DNA of 63,969 nucleotides, filler included, from Hyphochytrium catenoides (Eukaryota > Protista > Hyphochytriomycota), in assembly GCA_900088475.1 (NCBI GenBank). It is 7 parts of 7 records of this genome, joined end to end, with 100 filler letters (N's around TTAATTAATTAA, not from the genome) between each part and the next. Parts side by side here need not be neighbours in the genome. Positions count along the whole stretch, not along the records: positions 62,824 to 63,969 come from FLMG01003232.1; 6 more parts are not named here. One strand, 5' to 3'. The position numbers and the translations under genes are program-made. Positions 63,443-63,969 of the stretch are shown here, in pieces; the first letter of the stretch is position 1; every line of letters begins with the position of its first letter. Under the pieces are notes generated by a model. The model saw only the letters and a program-made list of their open reading frames with translations, was not told the DNA's origin and did not search any database.

Positions 63443-63969
63443 ATGGTGACCTTCTCCTCTTTGATCGTCACTTCCTTCCTCCTCATTTCTGGTCCCACCT
63501 TCGCCTTTCCTTCAACTTCACCCCTCGACCTTCCGGTGGGCGAGTTCTTCCGTCCTACTGAAGGCGTGTCCGGAGTGCCGGGCACAAATGCCCCCTACAA
63601 GCGCAGTCCTTGTCCGGCACTGAATGCCCTGGCTAACCATGGCTTCCTGCCAAGGTCTGGAGAAGGGCTAACTGGTCCGATGGTTATTGAAGCAGTACAC
63701 AAGCACTATCAGCTTACCAAGACCTTCGCAGCGCTTCTGACTGAGGTATGATGGCTCATGGTCTGCTTCTGTTGTTATAGGTACTAATGGTTTTCCCGTC
63801 TCGCTTAGTTATGTCTCTCAATAATGGCTCTTCACTTTGCGATTAGACTAAAGATGCCCATTTCTCCTTTCACTCACTCTTGGCAGGTGACCAAGGCTAC
63901 CATTCTCTCTCCTCCTTTCGACAAGTTTTCCTTGGCAGATATTAGCAAGCACAACAGGATCGAACACGA
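63443..63969 (+). CDS. Secreted heme-thiolate peroxidase / unspecific peroxygenase (chloroperoxidase family), truncated by the window end
   Basis: Signal peptide, RSPCPALNALANHGFLPR (heme-ligand PCP), intron 63746-63886, then FSLADISKHNRIEH(D) (EHD motif; the last codon is cut by the window). Confidence 0.93.

Overview
Draft eukaryotic scaffold with GT-AG introns, the standard genetic code and abundant (CT)n/(GA)n microsatellites. It has eight N-gaps, six of them carrying an artificial TTAATTAATTAA spacer. The host is probably a flagellated protist, because it carries the ciliary genes MNS1 and TMEM216; the exact taxon cannot be fixed from this window. About 1-40 kb is a dense housekeeping block: an MKP1-type dual-specificity phosphatase with a gelsolin-like tail, PP4R1, ZNF593/BUD20, an internally duplicated DCTPP1, RPL12, MNS1, a PGSIP7/8-like GT8, Hikeshi, TMEM216, a partial TRM11-like gene, a partial WD40-like gene and NRAMP. 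About 41-64 kb is a gene-sparse accessory block: a pogo/Fot1 transposase relic, a 969-aa intronless orphan multi-pass membrane protein, a 7TM-RGS protein, a Cys-rich mucin/GPI-type surface protein, decayed gene fragments, a nested Copia/LTR/Helentron-like (HINE) cluster, a tRNA-like element and the 5' part of a secreted heme-thiolate peroxygenase. The most striking observation is the single-chain tandem DCTPP1. One repeat has lost its metal ligands but kept the C-terminal arm, and the other has the reverse, which suggests a covalent pseudo-heterodimer. All family calls come from remembered motifs and hand-spliced exon models; no database search was run.
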